Positions 18,457-29,285 of a stretch of 64,000 nt of DNA are shown here, one piece after another. The DNA comes from an uncultured Nannocystaceae bacterium. Lineage in GTDB: Bacteria; Myxococcota_A; Bradymonadia; UBA7976; UBA1532. Where the stretch lies: NCBI GenBank assembly GCA_964384025.1, contig CAYLJJ010000001.1, positions 103,601 to 167,600 of the forward strand, written 5' to 3'. The notes under the pieces are model-generated. The model was not told the origin of the DNA, searched no databases, and was given only the letters and a program-made list of their open reading frames with translations. The first letter of the stretch is position 1; every line of letters starts with the position of its first letter. The position numbers and the translations under genes were made by a program.

Positions 18457-18992
18457 TTCCGAGCTTCTCCTTCGCGAAAGAGAGCCATCAAACAGAGATT
18501 GAGATAGCGCCCTTCCAGATAATGATGTTTGCGTAAGCAGCCCTCCTCTTGAAAACCGAGAGAGGTGTAGAGCCTCCGAGCGGGATTGTCTTCTAAGACC
18601 TGGAGGCAGATCTTACGCAGGTTGAGGGCCTCCCAGGCATAGTTGATCAGCAACAGGATTGCTTCACGCCCCAGACCCTGACCTCGATAACTCGAGGCGC
18701 CGATGGCGATCCCAAAAGAGGCGGTGCCGCTGATCCAATCGATCTCGCTCAGCTGGATATAACCCACGAGGCGAGGTGGCTCATCTAAGCTCTCAATCCC
18801 AAAGAGGAGGCGCCGTCGATCCTTGAGGAGCGCTTCATACCAGTTCTGTACTTGCTCTGGACTGACAGGACCGCGATAACCCATCGCGGGATCGCGCACC
18901 AAGGGGTCGTTCTGCCACTCTAAAATTTGAGGGAGATCTGCCGAAGAGATCGGCCTCAGGCGCAGCCTCTCGCCTTGATACTGAATTACCAT
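18453..18992 (-). CDS. GNAT family N-acetyltransferase
   Basis: GNAT core YIQLSEIDWISGTASFGIAIGASSYRGQGLGREAILLLINYAWE...LGFQEEG. I start at the ATG at 18992 (MVIQYQGERLRL). The 58 codons the track adds upstream would overlap the radical SAM gene. Confidence 0.75.
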   Translation of the reverse strand: MVIQYQGERLRLRPISSADLPQILEWQNDPLVRDPAMGYRGPVSPEQVQNWYEALLKDRRRLLFGIESLDEPPRLVGYIQLSEIDWISGTASFGIAIGASSYRGQGLGREAILLLINYAWEALNLRKICLQVLEDNPARRLYTSLGFQEEGCLRKHHYLEGRYLNLCLMALFREGEARK

Positions 18993-20378
18993 CTGGAGAA
19001 GCACTCCTTGAGAACATCTTTGAAGAAGATCGACGCGCTGGAAGCCCAGCTTGAAGAGAGCAGCCTCCTGGCCTGGGGCCTGGGCCGAGATCAGGCCGCT
19101 GCACCACAGATCATCTACCTCTGCCCCACCAACCACTGCAACCACCGCTGCATCACCTGTGCTCACTCGGTCACGATCCGCTCAGGGCGAGGAGAGCGAG
19201 GCTTTATGGAGTTGGAGCTGTTTGAGGAGATCCTCAAACAGCTCCCTCCGGGGCGACGGAGGATCTACCTCCAGAAGACAGGAGAGCCGCTGCTCCACCC
19301 CCAGATTGGGGAGATGTTGCGGCTCCTGCGGGAGGCGCGGCCTGAGTATGAGATCGCGCTACACAGCAACGCCAGCCATCTCAGCGGAGAGAAGATCCCA
19401 CTCCTCCTGAGGTACGCCGATTTTGTCTCCTTTTCGATCTTTGGCTTTGATCCTGAGCGTTACGCTGCGGCGCATGGCCGGGATGATTTTCAACGCTTTC
19501 ACCGCAACTTGGGGGCCTTCTATGAGGCTTGGCGAAAGGTTGATCGTCGCCCCAAGGTTTACTTCGACGTGGTGCGTTGTCCTGAGAACGCTGGGTTGAG
19601 CCCTGAGGAGATTTTTCAAGCGCTACAGTCTCGCTATCCCGCCTTTAACGTGGGCCTTCACTTTCCCTTTAATTTTCAGGGGGTTCTCCCTGGTTACGAT
19701 CTTGATGCCTTCAAACATCTGTCTCAGGAGCAGTTTCCAGTCTGTATCTGGCCCTGGGTGATGGCGGTGATCCACTGGGATGGCAAGCTGGGCTATTGCG
19801 TAGGAGATGCTTATGAGACCGCCTTCTTGGGGGATCTGCGAAAAGATTCCTTGATGGATCTATGGAACGGCCCCGCTTATCGCGCTTTTCGGAGGGGGCA
19901 TCTGGAGCGCGCCTTTGATCGTTTGGCGCAGGAGGAGATCCACTGTGGACGCTGTAACTGGCTCTTTGGTCTCAAGTCTCAGTCAGCCGAGAACCTCTGT
20001 CTAACACAGCGCAAAGAGTCCTCAGATCCTCTGGAGGCTCTCCCAGGAGGTACACCGGTCAGTGGCGCTCAACATCTAGAGTTAGGGCTGCGGCGGCTGC
20101 AGCGGGGAGAGCTGGCTGAGGCGATGCGCGCTTTTGTGCTCGCCGAGCTGCTCAATGAGGACCTCGCTGAACGAGCACAAGCTTGGCAGGTGCGGGTCCG
20201 TAAGATCTGGACACGGCGAGCCGATCTGGAGTCCTGGGAGAGCGCTTTAAACCAAGAGGGGCTCTCTCTGGCGACGGTACATCAGAGCCACTATAGCCTC
20301 TCCAAAGATCCTCTAGCGCAGATCTCAGATGCTCATCAGCGCTTGGGAGAGATCATCCTTAAAGAGGGGGATCTTTAG
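18927..20378 (+). CDS. radical SAM protein with a SPASM-like C-terminal Cys cluster and a TPR-like tail
   Basis: CxxxCxxC motif CPTNHCNHRCITC. C-terminal Cys-rich FPVCIWPW...GYCVGD...HCGRCNW. Start is uncertain: the ATG at 18927 overlaps the divergent GNAT start by 66 nt. In-frame TTGs at 19008 and 19020 precede the Cys motif and avoid the overlap. Confidence 0.65.
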   Translation: MREICRRDRPQAQPLALILNYHLEKHSLRTSLKKIDALEAQLEESSLLAWGLGRDQAAAPQIIYLCPTNHCNHRCITCAHSVTIRSGRGERGFMELELFEEILKQLPPGRRRIYLQKTGEPLLHPQIGEMLRLLREARPEYEIALHSNASHLSGEKIPLLLRYADFVSFSIFGFDPERYAAAHGRDDFQRFHRNLGAFYEAWRKVDRRPKVYFDVVRCPENAGLSPEEIFQALQSRYPAFNVGLHFPFNFQGVLPGYDLDAFKHLSQEQFPVCIWPWVMAVIHWDGKLGYCVGDAYETAFLGDLRKDSLMDLWNGPAYRAFRRGHLERAFDRLAQEEIHCGRCNWLFGLKSQSAENLCLTQRKESSDPLEALPGGTPVSGAQHLELGLRRLQRGELAEAMRAFVLAELLNEDLAERAQAWQVRVRKIWTRRADLESWESALNQEGLSLATVHQSHYSLSKDPLAQISDAHQRLGEIILKEGDL

Positions 20379-21330
20379 GGGCTGGGGGCACAGGGATCGC
20401 TGCTTTGGGGGCTGGGGGATCTTTAGGAGCCGGGGGCACAGGGATCGCTGCTTTGGGGGCAGCCTTTGCTTTAGGAGCTGGGGCGGGCGCATGCTCAGGC
20501 CCCACCGTGCGGATCAGCTCAGCGATAAGGGTTACAGGGGTTCCCCGAGGAGGGGTACGAGCCTTGAACACCTCAAAGCCCAGATCTGCGCCTTGATAGG
20601 GGTTGCCCTGGAAGCTTCCTGACTCTAAGAGAACTGAAGAATCGGGGACCAAGCCGATGAGGCTGCCCTCTTGATCGGCGGAGTATCTCCCATCCTGAAA
20701 ACGGCTGCCCAGGAAGTGCCACTCACCCACCGGTGGGCTGGTGTCTTCTTTGCGGTTATAGAGCCACTCTTCAGCGGGGCATCGCTGTTGCGCTCCCTGC
20801 TGGTCTTGCCAGCGAACGAAAAGCTTTACCGCCCCTCCATCTCTTAAGATCTGTGGAGGCTTGATGTGCTTGGGATCGATCTGAAGCTTGGCCACCTCCA
20901 TCCCGATGAGGAGGAAGGCGAGGTGAAGACGGCGGGGACGGATCATGCATTCCAACACAGACTCGTGAAGCTTCCCCTGAGAGCTGACCGCAAAATACTC
21001 TAGAATTCCCTCCTCCATATTGAGCTTACAGGGGATCTCCAGCTTGCGCTCTAGGCGGTCCACAAAGATTTCATCCACTTTGAGCCGGTAGGCATCTAGG
21101 CGTTTGATTCCCGAGGGGGCTTTAGCTTGAACCTGGGCAGCGGCTGGCTTTTGGGCAGGGCTTTGAACCTTGGGGCTGGCGGCTTGCTTCTGTTGAGGGA
21201 ACGAGAGAGGCTTAGGAGGAATCTCTGGTCCCTGAGCGACCAGGAGCAGATCTGGGGCGGGCTTGACCTGTTGCTGCTCAGCCAAGTCTTGGAAGCAACC
21301 AGGGAGAAGGAAGAGAGAGAGGAACTTCAT
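20359..21330 (-). CDS. lipoprotein with a Pro/Ala/Lys-rich repetitive C-terminus
   Basis: Lipobox FLLPGC. The C-terminus carries two copies of APKAAIPVPPAPKDPP, encoded by a 48-bp tandem duplication. Confidence 0.6.
   Translation of the reverse strand: MKFLSLFLLPGCFQDLAEQQQVKPAPDLLLVAQGPEIPPKPLSFPQQKQAASPKVQSPAQKPAAAQVQAKAPSGIKRLDAYRLKVDEIFVDRLERKLEIPCKLNMEEGILEYFAVSSQGKLHESVLECMIRPRRLHLAFLLIGMEVAKLQIDPKHIKPPQILRDGGAVKLFVRWQDQQGAQQRCPAEEWLYNRKEDTSPPVGEWHFLGSRFQDGRYSADQEGSLIGLVPDSSVLLESGSFQGNPYQGADLGFEVFKARTPPRGTPVTLIAELIRTVGPEHAPAPAPKAKAAPKAAIPVPPAPKDPPAPKAAIPVPPAPKDPPL
20371..20466. repeat. 48-bp tandem duplication (2 copies, 2 mismatches)
   Basis: atctttagg(g/a)gc(t/c)gggggcacagggatcgctgctttggggg x2. 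On the minus strand it encodes the APKAAIPVPPAPKDPP x2 tail of the lipoprotein. It lies at the convergent overlap with the radical SAM gene 3' end. Confidence 0.8.
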
Positions 21331-21333
21331 GGT

Positions 21334-22320
21334 TCAGACGCGCTCCGCTTGAATGATTGTATAGTGGATGGGGGGCGGAAGCTGAATCACCTGCTTGACC
21401 TGAAGCCCCAGCTCCTCTAACCAGCCACGCTGCTCAGCGACAGAGTGACAGCGCCCACCATGTGAAAGGACCCGCATATTAAGGGCAAACATCGTCCCAA
21501 AGAGTGGCCCTGTACGCGCATCATCCAGCATCACATCGCTGAGATAGAGGACTCCTCCTGGCTCCAAAATCTCGACCGCTTGTTTAAGAAGATCACGCAC
21601 CTGCCCGGGCTGCTCTCGATGAAGAACCCCAGAGATGAGCACCGCATCATAGCGCCCCTCCAATCCCCCCTGATAGTAGTCATAGGGGCAGCAAGAGACC
21701 CGCTCTGAGGCCCCCATAGAGGCCACGATCTCCTGAGCGATCTCGACCACCGGGGGAAGATCAAAGAGCGTCGCTCTGAGCTGGGGATATTTTTGGCAGA
21801 GGAGCACGGAGTAAGTCCCTGGGCCGCCGCCGAGATCTGCCAAGTGGCGCCGACCTTGAAGATCCAGGCTACCGAGAACTCCCTGTCCAAGACCCAGGGC
21901 GCGATGGTGCATCCCATAGACAAAGTTTCGGGTTCGTTCCTCATCCTGGCCCAGATAAGCGGTGGGTGCCTTCTGAGCGCTCCCCTGCCGGATCACTTGA
22001 TGGAGATCTGCCCAGAGGGGATAAACATCACCGTTATAGAGGAGCGCAGGGCCCAGATAGCCAGGGCGACCAGAGACCAGGAACTGAGAGGCCAGCTCCC
22101 GGTTATAGAAACATCTCCCCTCTTTGCGGAGCAGATCCAAGCTGACCAAAGCAGCGAGGAGCGCCTCCAAAGCCAGGGGATCACAACCCAACAGCTCCCC
22201 GAGCGCTTCCGGTTCAGAGCCCTCTTCCAGAAAGGAGAAGAGATCAAGGCGGACAGCGGCGATGAGGGTTGCGCTGCCCCAATAGGCGGTCGCGAGTTGG
22301 ATAAGCGGAGCTGGGTTCAT
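21334..22320 (-). CDS. class I SAM-dependent O-methyltransferase
   Basis: Dimerisation N-domain followed by the SAM-binding motif LADLGGGPGTYSVLLCQKYPQLRATLFDLPPVV, typical of small-molecule O-methyltransferases. Confidence 0.8.
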   Translation of the reverse strand: MNPAPLIQLATAYWGSATLIAAVRLDLFSFLEEGSEPEALGELLGCDPLALEALLAALVSLDLLRKEGRCFYNRELASQFLVSGRPGYLGPALLYNGDVYPLWADLHQVIRQGSAQKAPTAYLGQDEERTRNFVYGMHHRALGLGQGVLGSLDLQGRRHLADLGGGPGTYSVLLCQKYPQLRATLFDLPPVVEIAQEIVASMGASERVSCCPYDYYQGGLEGRYDAVLISGVLHREQPGQVRDLLKQAVEILEPGGVLYLSDVMLDDARTGPLFGTMFALNMRVLSHGGRCHSVAEQRGWLEELGLQVKQVIQLPPPIHYTIIQAERV

Positions 22321-22445
22321 GCTCTTCTCCTGGCGAGTGGTGACTTGATGATGCCTGGGATGCTAAGTGAAGCGCTCTTGGGGGTAAAGCACCGTAGAGA
22401 GTCCTACTCTGGCGCAGACCTCAGAGTAAAAATCGCAGGAGATGC

Positions 22446-23378
22446 ATGATCCCGATGATGCCTTTGAGGCCCCGAACATTGCTGGCCCTGATCCCTCCTG
22501 GGAGCCGCTTGCTGCTTTTGCTGATCATCCTCTGCTCTACTCTCTTTAGCCTCGCGGTGAACCTCCCCACCCATCCCCTTTGGGCGATGCCTGAAGTTCA
22601 GCCCTGGGGGATCGTTGATTGGTCCCTGATTCATCAGAACAGCCTTGGGGGCTTACGTCTACCCGCGCTCTTGAGCAACAGCCTGATCGCCGCGCCAGGC
22701 TCTCCTTTCTCACTGATCATCTTCTTAGGGTTGGCCTACTTTCTCTTTCGATCTGCGCTGACCCAGCTCTGGTACAGCAGGAAACGGGAGATCATCATCG
22801 GCATCTTGAGTCTCTTTTTGGGGGTCTTTATCATCGACACTTGGCTCCTCCCCGATATGGGCTGGGGCATTATTGGGGCGATTCTGCCGATCCTCTGGTT
22901 TGCGCCGATGATGGAGCGCCCTTGGGGTGCTCGTCGCCTCCTTGTTTTCTGCTTCTGGGCAGCCCTGCTGATCAACCTGGGAGGCGCGCTCTGTCTAGCG
23001 CTCTTTCCTGACAGCCTCACTCCCCTCTTGGGCGGGGGTCAAGCGGCGGTCAATGGGAGCCAAGCGCTGGGCGTAGCCCTGATCACCTCCTGGGCCCTTA
23101 TGTTGAGTCCTCAGCGTCGCTTAGCCCTGATCAACTTAAGCGGACGGGGGCTGATCTATCTGCTCTTGATCATCGGCGCATTTACCTTCCTTCTGGTTGG
23201 TCGCGCGCGAGGGCTGATGGAGATTTGGGCGGTAGGCGTCGCTTGGCTGCTCTGGACCGGACTCTGGCGACCAGACAGGCTCTTTGATCGCCTTCAACTC
23301 TGGCGCTTGGAGCGGCGCCATGCTCAGCGAACTCCTGGACTTCGGGTGATTCAGGGGGGGCGAGAGAGGCTGCATTGA
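22446..23378 (+). CDS. polytopic integral membrane protein of unknown function
   Basis: At least 7 hydrophobic helices, no recognisable catalytic motif. Confidence 0.5.
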   Translation: MIPMMPLRPRTLLALIPPGSRLLLLLIILCSTLFSLAVNLPTHPLWAMPEVQPWGIVDWSLIHQNSLGGLRLPALLSNSLIAAPGSPFSLIIFLGLAYFLFRSALTQLWYSRKREIIIGILSLFLGVFIIDTWLLPDMGWGIIGAILPILWFAPMMERPWGARRLLVFCFWAALLINLGGALCLALFPDSLTPLLGGGQAAVNGSQALGVALITSWALMLSPQRRLALINLSGRGLIYLLLIIGAFTFLLVGRARGLMEIWAVGVAWLLWTGLWRPDRLFDRLQLWRLERRHAQRTPGLRVIQGGRERLH

Positions 23379-23411
23379 GTTTGGATCTCCTGTTCTCCGT
23401 TCTGTGTTAAT

Positions 23412-24320
23412 ATGCCGCGGCTTTGGATCTTGGAGGCGACTTTGAGGGGACTCCTGCTATCGCTTGGCTTTCTATTGCTGCCCCTCCTGGTGCAGGCCGA
23501 AGGAGAGAAGAGCACCGCTGTTCAAGCCTACAAAGCGGGGAGAGAACACTTTAAGGGGAAGCGTTTTGCTGACGCGATCCTTGAATTCAATAAAGCCTAC
23601 CGCCTCGATCCCAACCCTGTGTTGGTTTTTAATATGGCTCGTAGCTTTGAAGAGCTTAAAGAATACCGCTCCGCCATCGAATATTATCGTAAATATTTAG
23701 AGATGTCGCCAAAGGCGAAAGATCGAATTCAGGTTGAAGAATCCCTACGGACTCTAGAGCTGCTCTCCTCCAGAGAGGTTCATAGAGTACACCTTCAGAT
23801 CACATCTACTCCTGAAGGCGCTCAAGTTTTTGTAGATGGACAGGCCCGAGGACTCACGCCATTTCGTGGTGAAGTGACTCCAGGCAAACACTTTATCATG
23901 GTGGAGATGGAAGGTTATAGCCGACAGGTTGAGGAGCTTCTCTTTAAGAATAATGAACTGAAACATCACGTTCAACTGATCTCTATCGAAGCTGCTCCTG
24001 AGGCAAAAACGAAGGAGTCGAGCCAAGTGGGAGCTTGGACCCTCTTAGGGCTCAGCGCAGCCCTCTTGGTGGGCAGCGCCGTGTCGGGTTTTGCGGCCCT
24101 TGATCGACATCAGAGCCTTAATGATCTAGATGATGATCCCAGCAGAGGCGATGCCGCCGAATATGATTCTCTTAGATCTACTGGTCGCGATTTGAGCTAC
24201 CTGAGCGATGGTCTTCTCTTAGGAGGTGTCGCCAGCGGGATCACCGGAGCGATCTTTCTCTTTGGAGCTGAAGAGGAGACTGCCAGCTTCAGGCAGGGGA
24301 AAGAGCGATGGACGCGATGA
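23412..24320 (+). CDS. secreted TPR plus PEGA domain protein with a C-terminal TM anchor
   Basis: Signal peptide, then TPR-like AYKAGREHFKGKRFADAILEFNKAYRLDPNP. PEGA-like VHLQITSTPEGAQVFVDGQARGLTPFRGEVTPGKHFIMVEMEGY. TM helix WTLLGLSAALLVGSAVSGFAAL. Confidence 0.65.
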   Translation: MPRLWILEATLRGLLLSLGFLLLPLLVQAEGEKSTAVQAYKAGREHFKGKRFADAILEFNKAYRLDPNPVLVFNMARSFEELKEYRSAIEYYRKYLEMSPKAKDRIQVEESLRTLELLSSREVHRVHLQITSTPEGAQVFVDGQARGLTPFRGEVTPGKHFIMVEMEGYSRQVEELLFKNNELKHHVQLISIEAAPEAKTKESSQVGAWTLLGLSAALLVGSAVSGFAALDRHQSLNDLDDDPSRGDAAEYDSLRSTGRDLSYLSDGLLLGGVASGITGAIFLFGAEEETASFRQGKERWTR

Positions 24321-26122
24321 GCGAGAGTTTCAATAACTCCATGACCGAGATGAGCCTTGATGGGGGTCGCTATGAGATCCAGACGCTCATCGGTGAGGGA
24401 GGGATGGGGCGTGTCTATCGCGCTTTACAGACCTCCATGAATCGCCTCGTGGCCATCAAGGTTCTACGAGCCTCGGTCAAAGAGGATGAGAAGCTTTTGC
24501 TCCGTTTTGGGCAGGAGATGAAGAGCCTCTCTCGTCTACAACACCCCAACGTCTTGACCATCCATGACTTTGGACAAGAGGGAAGCTCCCCCTATATTGT
24601 CATGGAGCTGTTGGGAGGGCAGAGCCTCTCCAGCCTCATCGCAAAGACCGGAGCGCTCCCTGAAGCACGCGCGCTGCACATCATAGAGCATGTCTGTGGT
24701 GCTGTCTCTGAGGCCCATAAATTTGGGATCATCCACCGAGATCTCAAGCCAGAGAATATCCAGATCGCGCGGGTGGGTAATGATCCTGACTTCGCGAAGG
24801 TCTTGGACTTTGGTATCGCCAAGATCGTCCAAGGAGATGAAGAGGCTGACGTAAATATCACCATCGCAGGGGCGATATTTGGGACCCCTCACTATATGAG
24901 CCCTGAGCAGGTTCATGGCGAGCGGGTAGATCATCGCACAGATATCTACGCCCTGGGCGTCATCCTCTGTGAGCTGCTCTTAGGGCGTCCCCCCTTTGAT
25001 GGCCCTACTGCAATGTCTGTAATGATGTCTCAGGCCTCCAAGCCGCCCCCTGATCTGCGCAAAGAGGCTCCTCATATCAGCGATTGCATCGTCGAACTGT
25101 TGGAGTCCTGCCTTTCAAAAAAGAGGGAAGAGCGCCCTCAATCTGTAGAGGAGATGATCAAAAAGCTTCGTGAGGCGATGTTTAAGCTGAGCGATTCGAC
25201 TGGAAATCTGATCCGCTTCATTCCCAGCGGGGAGCCGCTCGGTCCTGAGAGCAGCGCGCTCTCTCCCACACTACCTATGGAGGGAGATCAGGCCACAACA
25301 GATGAGCGTACTGCGCCCCCCAGAGCGACCCCTGAGCATGTTGGAGAGTTGGATTCCTCAGAAGATTCGGGTGAAGAGCAGAGAGGGGGCTCAAAACCCT
25401 GGCTCATCTCTCTCGTGCTCCTCTTGCTCCTCGGCGGTGGAGGCTTTTGGAGCTTTCAGAAGCTATACAGTGTGGAGGCTGAGGATCTGCTGATTCATCC
25501 GGTGGTGGAACCGGTTCGGATTCAGATGTCAGAAGCCCGCCACCTCATCGAGAGCACCCCCAGCAGAGCGAAGATCTTTGAGGGTGTTAGGTTCATCGCC
25601 CATACCCCCTATACGCTGATCTGGAACGATGGCAAAGATAGAACTGTGCAGCTCAAGTTGGAGGGACATATGGCTCACTCCATCACCCTCTCAGGCCGCG
25701 AAGAGAAGAAAACACAGCGGATCATCCTGATCCCTTCTGGGGCGTCAGCGTCTTCAGTCCCAGAGAAGGATCTCGGTCTCCCCGAGGCGCCCCTCAACGC
25801 TTGGCTGAAGATCAAGAGTGTTCCTTCGGGGGCTGAGGTTTGGGAGGGAAAGAAAAAGCTGGGGTCGACCCCCTTTGAGTGGAAGCCTTCTGTGGGGGGT
25901 GAGGTGAAGCTCTCCCTCAGCAAATGGGGCTATCAGAAACAGCCTTTGAGCATCCCCAGAGAGCCCGCAGGAGAGGAGCCGCTGGAGCTGAGCTTTAAGC
26001 TAAAGCGCAGAAAGCCAAAGCGGATCAAGAAGCCCACCGAGAAGCCCACCGAGAAGCCCACCGAGAAGAAGCAGGATGAGGTTCCTGAACCAGGGGAAGA
26101 AAACCCCTATATAAAACTCTGA
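24317..26122 (+). CDS. Ser/Thr protein kinase with a TM helix and two C-terminal PEGA domains
   Basis: Kinase motifs [28 protein letters not shown] helix [17 protein letters not shown]. Two PEGA-like blocks. [13 protein letters not shown] tail. The ATG at 24317 forms an ATGA overlap with the upstream stop; the track start is the ATG at 24308. Confidence 0.8.
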   Translation: MSESFNNSMTEMSLDGGRYEIQTLIGEGGMGRVYRALQTSMNRLVAIKVLRASVKEDEKLLLRFGQEMKSLSRLQHPNVLTIHDFGQEGSSPYIVMELLGGQSLSSLIAKTGALPEARALHIIEHVCGAVSEAHKFGIIHRDLKPENIQIARVGNDPDFAKVLDFGIAKIVQGDEEADVNITIAGAIFGTPHYMSPEQVHGERVDHRTDIYALGVILCELLLGRPPFDGPTAMSVMMSQASKPPPDLRKEAPHISDCIVELLESCLSKKREERPQSVEEMIKKLREAMFKLSDSTGNLIRFIPSGEPLGPESSALSPTLPMEGDQATTDERTAPPRATPEHVGELDSSEDSGEEQRGGSKPWLISLVLLLLLGGGGFWSFQKLYSVEAEDLLIHPVVEPVRIQMSEARHLIESTPSRAKIFEGVRFIAHTPYTLIWNDGKDRTVQLKLEGHMAHSITLSGREEKKTQRIILIPSGASASSVPEKDLGLPEAPLNAWLKIKSVPSGAEVWEGKKKLGSTPFEWKPSVGGEVKLSLSKWGYQKQPLSIPREPAGEEPLELSFKLKRRKPKRIKKPTEKPTEKPTEKKQDEVPEPGEENPYIKL

Positions 26123-26123
26123 G

Positions 26124-27124
<1,001 letters not shown>

Positions 27125-27128
<4 letters not shown>

Positions 27129-27628
27129 GATCTCTTATGCTCCTCAGCCTCCTCTTGGTCGCCTGTGGAAGCAAACCTCAATGGGTCCGCTCAGCGCCCG
27201 CTGAAGCTTTGAGCGGCGCGGCGACGCGGCTTCAAGATCGAGGCATCAAGTTAAAGAGACTGCCGCTTCAGCAGCTTCAAAGTGATTGGTACTGCTATCA
27301 GCCCCCCAAGGTTCATGAACAGGGTTGGGATCGTAACTTCAGCCTCCGTCGTGCGCCTCTGCCCTTTTCCCACAGCGGCGCTCTCAAAGAGCAGGAACGG
27401 CTCAAAGTGAGCTGTCCTTACCTTTTCCGTTTTCAGGTGCTGGCGCGACAACAAGAAGGGGGGACAGAGCTGCATGTAGAGAGCGAGTGGTGGCGACTCT
27501 CCAGTGAGGGCTGTGAGACTCAGGGAGATCCCATCTTGGGGATCTATGATTGCCGCTACAATTGGCGGGGCTGCCAAGCCCCTGAGGATCTCCGCTCCTT
27601 TGTCTATGGAATTTTGGCAGGGCTCTGA
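27125..27628 (+). CDS. hypothetical lipoprotein
   Basis: ATGA overlap with the ruvB stop. Lipobox LLLVACGS. Several Cys/Trp-rich segments. Confidence 0.5.
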
Positions 27629-27677
27629 GCCAAAGAATCCATAGAGAGTTTTGAAAACAGCGCTTCAGAGAGAACTT

Positions 27678-29027
27678 ATGTTTAAGAAAGTCCTTGTCGC
27701 CAACCGGGGCGAGATCGCCTGCCGTTTGATGCAGGTCCTCAGAGAGCGTGGAATCGCCAGCGTAGCGGTCTACTCCCAGATAGAAGCTCAGGCTGCTCAT
27801 GTTCAAGCTGCCGATGAGGCGATCCTCCTGGGACCCGCGCCTGTCTCTCAGAGCTATCTTCGGGCAGATGCGATCATCGCTGCTGCCCAGGAGTGCGGCG
27901 CTGAGGCGATTCATCCTGGCTATGGCCTGCTCTCGGAGAACGTCGATTTTGCGCGGAGCTGTGCTGAGGCGGGGATCTGCTTTATCGGTCCCCAGCCTGA
28001 GACCATCGAGGCGATGGGGGATAAAGCTCAGGCGCGAGAAGCTGCTCGTCGAGCGGGGGTTCCTGTTGTTCCTGGCTCCTCGGGATATCTCGAGGAGCTT
28101 GAAGCAGCTGCCCTGGCGGAGGCCCTGGGCTACCCCATCTTGGTGAAAGCCGCTGCTGGGGGTGGAGGCATCGGGATGGCTGTGGTTAAGAAGCCAGGGC
28201 GTTTGGCTCGGGCGATCGCCTCCTGCCGTGATCGGGGCTTAAGCAGCTTTGGCAGCGGAGAGATCTACCTGGAGAAGTATATCCAGCACCCTCGACATAT
28301 CGAGGTGCAGATCCTTTTTGATCGCTTTGGGCGTGGGATCCACCTCTTTGAGCGGGAGTGTAGCCTCCAGCGTCGCCATCAGAAGGTGATCGAAGAGGCC
28401 CCCTCTCCCTTCATCAGCACACGGCCCGCGCTGCGAGAGGAGCTGCTCAAGGCTGCGCTTCGTCTAGGAGAGTCGATTGGCTATGAGGGTGCAGGCACCG
28501 TCGAGTTTATCGTTGATCAGGCGGGGAGCTTCTATTTTATCGAGATCAACACCCGCCTACAGGTGGAGCACCCTGTGAGTGAGGCGATCACAGGAGTGGG
28601 GATCATCGACTGGCAGCTTGAGATCGCGGCGGGGAACCCGCTCACGCTCTCTCAGGAGGAGGTTCAGATCCAAGGAGCAGCCATCGAGACTCGACTCTAT
28701 GCTGAGGATCCTCATCGTAATTTTATCCCACGGCCAGGAAGATTGGAGCGCTTTGAGCTGCCCAAGCTGGAGGGGATCCGTCTAGACAGTGGAGTTCAGG
28801 CACCACAGGAGATCAGCCCATACTATGATCCCATGATCGCTAAGTTGATCGCTCATGGAGCTGATCGAAGCCAAGCCACGGCGCGGGCTTTAGGCGCTCT
28901 AGAGGCGCTTCAGATCGAGGGGCTGACCACAAACCAGGAGTTTCTTAAGCAGATCTTAGGGGAGCCAGCCTTTGTAACCGGGGAGTTTGACACAGGCTGG
29001 CTGGCTCAGCTGGCCAAATCTCTGTAG
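27678..29027 (+). CDS. accC: biotin carboxylase (ATP-grasp subunit of an acetyl/acyl-CoA carboxylase)
   Basis: Canonical N-terminus MFKKVLVANRGEIACR, ATP-grasp motifs, EMNTRLQVEHPV-type block IEINTRLQVEHPVSE. I start at the ATG at 27678; the track begins at an upstream TTG (27651). Confidence 0.9.
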   Translation: MFKKVLVANRGEIACRLMQVLRERGIASVAVYSQIEAQAAHVQAADEAILLGPAPVSQSYLRADAIIAAAQECGAEAIHPGYGLLSENVDFARSCAEAGICFIGPQPETIEAMGDKAQAREAARRAGVPVVPGSSGYLEELEAAALAEALGYPILVKAAAGGGGIGMAVVKKPGRLARAIASCRDRGLSSFGSGEIYLEKYIQHPRHIEVQILFDRFGRGIHLFERECSLQRRHQKVIEEAPSPFISTRPALREELLKAALRLGESIGYEGAGTVEFIVDQAGSFYFIEINTRLQVEHPVSEAITGVGIIDWQLEIAAGNPLTLSQEEVQIQGAAIETRLYAEDPHRNFIPRPGRLERFELPKLEGIRLDSGVQAPQEISPYYDPMIAKLIAHGADRSQATARALGALEALQIEGLTTNQEFLKQILGEPAFVTGEFDTGWLAQLAKSL

Positions 29028-29069
29028 AAGAGAACTCGCGAAAAAGATCAATGCCCTAAGGAGAGCTTT

Positions 29070-29285
29070 ATGGAGATCAAGGCCCAAATCACAGGAACCA
29101 TCTGGAAGATCGAGTGCGCGGTGGGGGATGAAGTAGAAGAGGATGATGTGCTCTTTATCCTGGAGTCGATGAAGATGGAGATGCCTCTAGAGGCCATCGC
29201 CGATGGTCGCATCACCCAGATCTTGGTTAAGGAGGGGGATCCTGTTCAGGAGGATCAGCTCCTCGCCTATATGGAGGAGGACTGA
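29070..29285 (+). CDS. biotinyl (biotin/lipoyl attachment) domain protein, 70 aa
   Basis: Biotinylation motif LESMKMEMPLEA in a single 70-aa hybrid-motif barrel. AAGGAGAG Shine-Dalgarno upstream. Confidence 0.8.
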   Translation: MEIKAQITGTIWKIECAVGDEVEEDDVLFILESMKMEMPLEAIADGRITQILVKEGDPVQEDQLLAYMEED

